Of a stretch of DNA of 36,498 bases, positions 34,042-36,498 are shown piece by piece (the stretch's first letter is position 1; each line of letters starts with the position of its first letter). A model generated the notes under the pieces. That model was not told the DNA's origin, ran no database searches, and saw only the letters and a list, made by a program, of their open reading frames with translations. The position numbers and the translations under genes are program-made. Source of the stretch: a virus (lineage: Duplodnaviria; Caudoviricetes); the IMG/VR virus record IMGVR_UViG_3300017761_002315, positions 1-36,498 of that record; one strand, written 5' to 3'.

Positions 34042-34248
34042 TCACGCGCGCCATGGCTCGCCGTGCGTCGCGTGATAGGCAACGGCGCAATCGGTCGCGG
34101 CGGCGGATATGAACGCGTCGCGGTTAGCGTCGGTCGGATCCGCCTGATAGGCGGCATGCGCGGCGGTCGCGGCGGCGGCTATCGCGCGTTCGATCGCGCG
34201 AGCTGTTAGGGCGTCGGGAGCGGCGCGGTAGTCGGCGAAGGTATGCAT
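34042..34248 (-). CDS. Hypothetical Ala-rich protein
   Basis: Purine-rich leader (GAGAAAGAA); fits between a hairpin and promoter element 3. Confidence 0.6.
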   Translation of the reverse strand: MHTFADYRAAPDALTARAIERAIAAAATAAHAAYQADPTDANRDAFISAAATDCAVAYHATHGEPWRA

Positions 34249-34326
34249 GGCGGTTCTTTCTCGTTAGCGGCCAAAGCGGCCTAGAAGCCCCTCGCCGTTG
34301 CCGGCAAGGGGTGACTAGGCCGCTCC

Positions 34327-35052
34327 CTAGGCCGCGATGCCGTTACGCGTCAGCGTGAACCGGCGAGCGGTCGCACCGTGCGCGATGATTACGGGCGATG
34401 CCTTCGCCTTGCTGGCGGTTCCCATGCAAGCCTTACAGCTCGCGCAGTCCGTCTTATACCCGGCTTCCTTAGACGCGGGACAGATGATCTCGAGCTTATC
34501 GGCGATTGCCTCGCTTGCCGTGCGAACACGGAACGTACGCCAGCCGGTCGCGCGCGCCGTGACCGCCTCGCCAGAGCTGTCGGCGCTCGCCATCGTCAGC
34601 CGCTTAAAGCCGTCCGGCGCGGTTTTCCATTGATGTGTATAGCCGGTCCAACCGCTCGCCGTGCTGGCGAGGGCGTCCCATACGGCGAGCGGCGCAGCGA
34701 CCGGATCGCCATAGGATCCGAACCGAACAATCTTGCCGGCAACGGCGCTTGCCGCTTGTGCCAGGGTCGCGCGCGGGTATCGGTCGCGCTTGTACGCGTT
34801 ATAGACGGACAGGGGAGCGTGAAAGGTTTTGACGTAGCAGGATCCGCCATTGACCGGGCGATGCACGCAATCGCCGCAAATGGATGCATCCGCGCCGCTC
34901 TTGACCGCGATATGGGGAGCGATATCGGCGCGTATGATCCAGGACTGGATCATGGCGCCCGTTTTTTCGTTCCGGCTTTTTGTGTCCAAGCCGGTCAAAA
35001 TGACGACGATCGGCGCGCCGTCGATCGCGCTAGGGCCTTCGTAAATGATCAT
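34327..35052 (-). CDS. Cys-rich radical-SAM-like / gp88-like protein
   Basis: N.KTG, CGDC......GSCYV, VRFGSYGDP, GYTHQW, ASADS, GWRTF and C-terminal CPA......C..C..C...HG. Confidence 0.6.
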   Translation of the reverse strand: MIIYEGPSAIDGAPIVVILTGLDTKSRNEKTGAMIQSWIIRADIAPHIAVKSGADASICGDCVHRPVNGGSCYVKTFHAPLSVYNAYKRDRYPRATLAQAASAVAGKIVRFGSYGDPVAAPLAVWDALASTASGWTGYTHQWKTAPDGFKRLTMASADSSGEAVTARATGWRTFRVRTASEAIADKLEIICPASKEAGYKTDCASCKACMGTASKAKASPVIIAHGATARRFTLTRNGIAA

Positions 35053-35088
35053 TTTCGTATGCCTTAATGTGTGATTGGAGCGGCTAAC

Positions 35089-35113
35089 CTAGCAGAATTG
35101 CCATAGGTGTCAA
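35089..35113 (-). promoter_or_regulatory. Early promoter/operator element 4
   Basis: Minus strand TTGACA-CCT-ATGGCA-ATTC-TGCTAG. Confidence 0.7.
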
Positions 35114-35150
35114 GCGCCTTTTTCGCCCCTTGCGTCGCGTCTCGAATATC

Positions 35151-35174
35151 GTTAGGCGTAGGCCTACGCCTAAC
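35151..35174. repeat. Perfect 24-bp palindrome gttaggcgtaggcctacgcctaac
   Basis: Exact dyad with no spacer at the edge of the non-coding region. Confidence 0.85.
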
Positions 35175-35182
35175 CGGAAACG

Positions 35183-35607
35183 AGATTGTCACGCAGATTT
35201 GCTAGACGACAATCTTTTCAGCCGCCGGTTGCGGATTTCCAAAGCACACTTTCAATTGTGTTCAATTGTGGCGAAGATTGTTCGCCGTCCGTTCCAATTG
35301 TGTTGAATTGTGGCGGGCGCATTGTCATGCCAGGGGCGCAGATTGTCGCCGATTGTCATGGCGCGGAGGCCGCGTGACAATCGCGGCTGGTCAGTGAGCG
35401 CGGGCGTTTGCCGAGGTGCGATTGTCATATTGTCATTGGTTTGGAAGTGTTAGATTTGAAATTAATATTATACGGGTATAAATCCCCCCCCATATCGTGG
35501 CGGTAACTTGGACTTTTTTCCAAGTGACAATATGACAATCCGAGAGGCCAAACCTAGTCACTGTATGACCAGATGGCCTTTTTGGCGTGACAATCGGCAT
35601 GACAATC
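35183..35607. repeat. Iteron-like ATTGTC/GACAAT repeat array around an AT-rich core (putative replication origin)
   Basis: 6 ATTGTC plus 6 GACAAT copies; perfect 16-bp inverted repeat 35420-35435/35525-35540 flanks the AT-rich stretch at about 35450-35483. Confidence 0.65.
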
Positions 35608-35608
35608 G

Positions 35609-35647
35609 AAACGCCGCGCAGATTGCTCCGCGCGGCGTTTGTTTTTG
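35609..35647. terminator. Hairpin/terminator bounding the repeat region
   Basis: aaacgccgcgc (35609-35619)/gcgcggcgttt (35630-35640) followed by gttttt. Confidence 0.6.
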
Positions 35648-35663
35648 GTGGTTTGCGCCAGGG

Positions 35664-35939
35664 TTAGGCGATGAACAGGACGGTACAGGATCCATAGGGA
35701 CGGAATTCGATTGTGTCGCCATAGGACGCGCGCACGCCGCGCACGCCGGTTAGACCTACGGCGGCTTTAGCGCGGCGCATAAGCTCCCGCGTATACGCCC
35801 GGTTCGCCTTCGCGTAATTTGTCCCGCCGTCGTAACCGTAATGGGTCAGCTCGGGCATCGTAACGCTGGCGCGCCGGACCCACGAATAGTTAGCCTCGCC
35901 GGCGAACGTGTCGGTGTATTCGATTTGATAGGTTTGCAT
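35664..35939 (-). CDS. Hypothetical protein (MQTYQIEYTDTFAGEANYSWVRR...)
   Basis: AGAGGGA RBS before ATG 35939; TDTF.GEANYSWVRR motif recognisable from phage early proteins. Confidence 0.7.
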   Translation of the reverse strand: MQTYQIEYTDTFAGEANYSWVRRASVTMPELTHYGYDGGTNYAKANRAYTRELMRRAKAAVGLTGVRGVRASYGDTIEFRPYGSCTVLFIA

Positions 35940-36040
35940 CGTGTTTCCCTCTAGAAGCTTGCTAGGGCGCATCTCGCACCCGTTTGGTATGGTGACCGCT
36001 TAGGCCGCTAGATGCGCTCTAGCGGCCCTTGCTGGCGGTT

Positions 36041-36208
36041 TTACAGGTATGCCCGTTTGATGCGGGCGGCTTCTGCCTTATCGGCGGCGACCAGGTTGGC
36101 GTTGCGGCCCGGCTGGCGTGACAGTTCAATGCAACGGTCATATCGGCGCTTGTAAGATGCCTTGAGCGCGGCTGCTTCACGCTTGGCCTGTGATGCGATA
36201 AAGGACAT
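36041..36208 (-). CDS. 55-aa basic hypothetical protein (MSFIASQAKREAAALKASYKRRYDRC...)
   Basis: Not in the ORF track; AGGAGA RBS; directly downstream of promoter element 5. Confidence 0.65.
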   Translation of the reverse strand: MSFIASQAKREAAALKASYKRRYDRCIELSRQPGRNANLVAADKAEAARIKRAYL

Positions 36209-36244
36209 ATCGGTATCTCCTGATTAGTTGACGCCCCAAGCTAT

Positions 36245-36268
36245 CTAGCACATTCGCCATAGTGTCAA
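36245..36268 (-). promoter_or_regulatory. Early promoter/operator element 5
   Basis: Minus strand TTGACA-CT-ATGGCG-AATG-TGCTAG. Confidence 0.7.
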
Positions 36269-36498
36269 GCGCCTTGACGCGCCACCTAGAAACATTTTAG
36301 GCAATGTCATTGCCTACCCATATGGCCACAACGTATGCGCCTCCGCTGCCAGGCTATATGGCGCAACGCTAGGCCGCTACGCTTGCAGCTCGCTCGCTGC
36401 TACGCTCGCGCGTTAGGATCCATACGCTGCTAGTGACGCGCCGGCGCGCGCGAGGGGGTGGGGGTAGGGCCGAGCAAAAGGCGAATGCGTTAGTGACC

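Noticed and set aside
35183-35607. Repeat region as a CRISPR array or tRNA/ncRNA
   Set aside because: Repeats are 6-16 bp, irregularly spaced and in both orientations; no cloverleaf or other recognisable RNA family.
36270-36498. Terminal non-coding stretch (19-bp dyad at 36298-36316, G-rich gggggtggggtaggg) as pac site or terminal repeat
   Set aside because: No match to the window start and the small terminase gene is missing, so genome ends cannot be assigned from this sequence.

Overview
Near-complete (~36.5 kb, high-GC) genome of a tailed dsDNA phage with P22-like (podovirus-type) virion genes, most likely infecting an alphaproteobacterium (it carries a GcrA-like protein). The window opens inside the large terminase. 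Layout: terL-portal-[mini-ORF, Gly-rich and large receptor-binding proteins, lysis cassette, metallophosphoesterase]-scaffold-coat-tail/adaptor proteins-ejection proteins (+ strand); a leftward SNF2 helicase/GcrA/VRR-NUC operon; a rightward replication operon (Cas4-like exonuclease, putative SSB, family A DNA polymerase, QueD-like protein, TGT/DpdA-like protein, primase-helicase); and a leftward early region of small ORFs driven by five related promoter-operator elements, with a repeat-rich non-coding putative origin at about 35.18-35.61 kb. The most notable feature is a minimal two-gene, 7-deazaguanine-type DNA-modification cassette: a QueD-like protein lacking the canonical catalytic Cys plus a TGT-fold protein, with no FolE/QueE/QueC, placed between polymerase and primase. 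Also notable are a DDxxD prenyltransferase-like gene in front of the ejection proteins, a GcrA reduced to its DNA-binding domain, and a Cys-rich radical-SAM-like early protein. I saw no integrase, tRNA, CRISPR array, reverse transcriptase or small terminase in the window. All calls come from motif recognition by eye; no database search was run.
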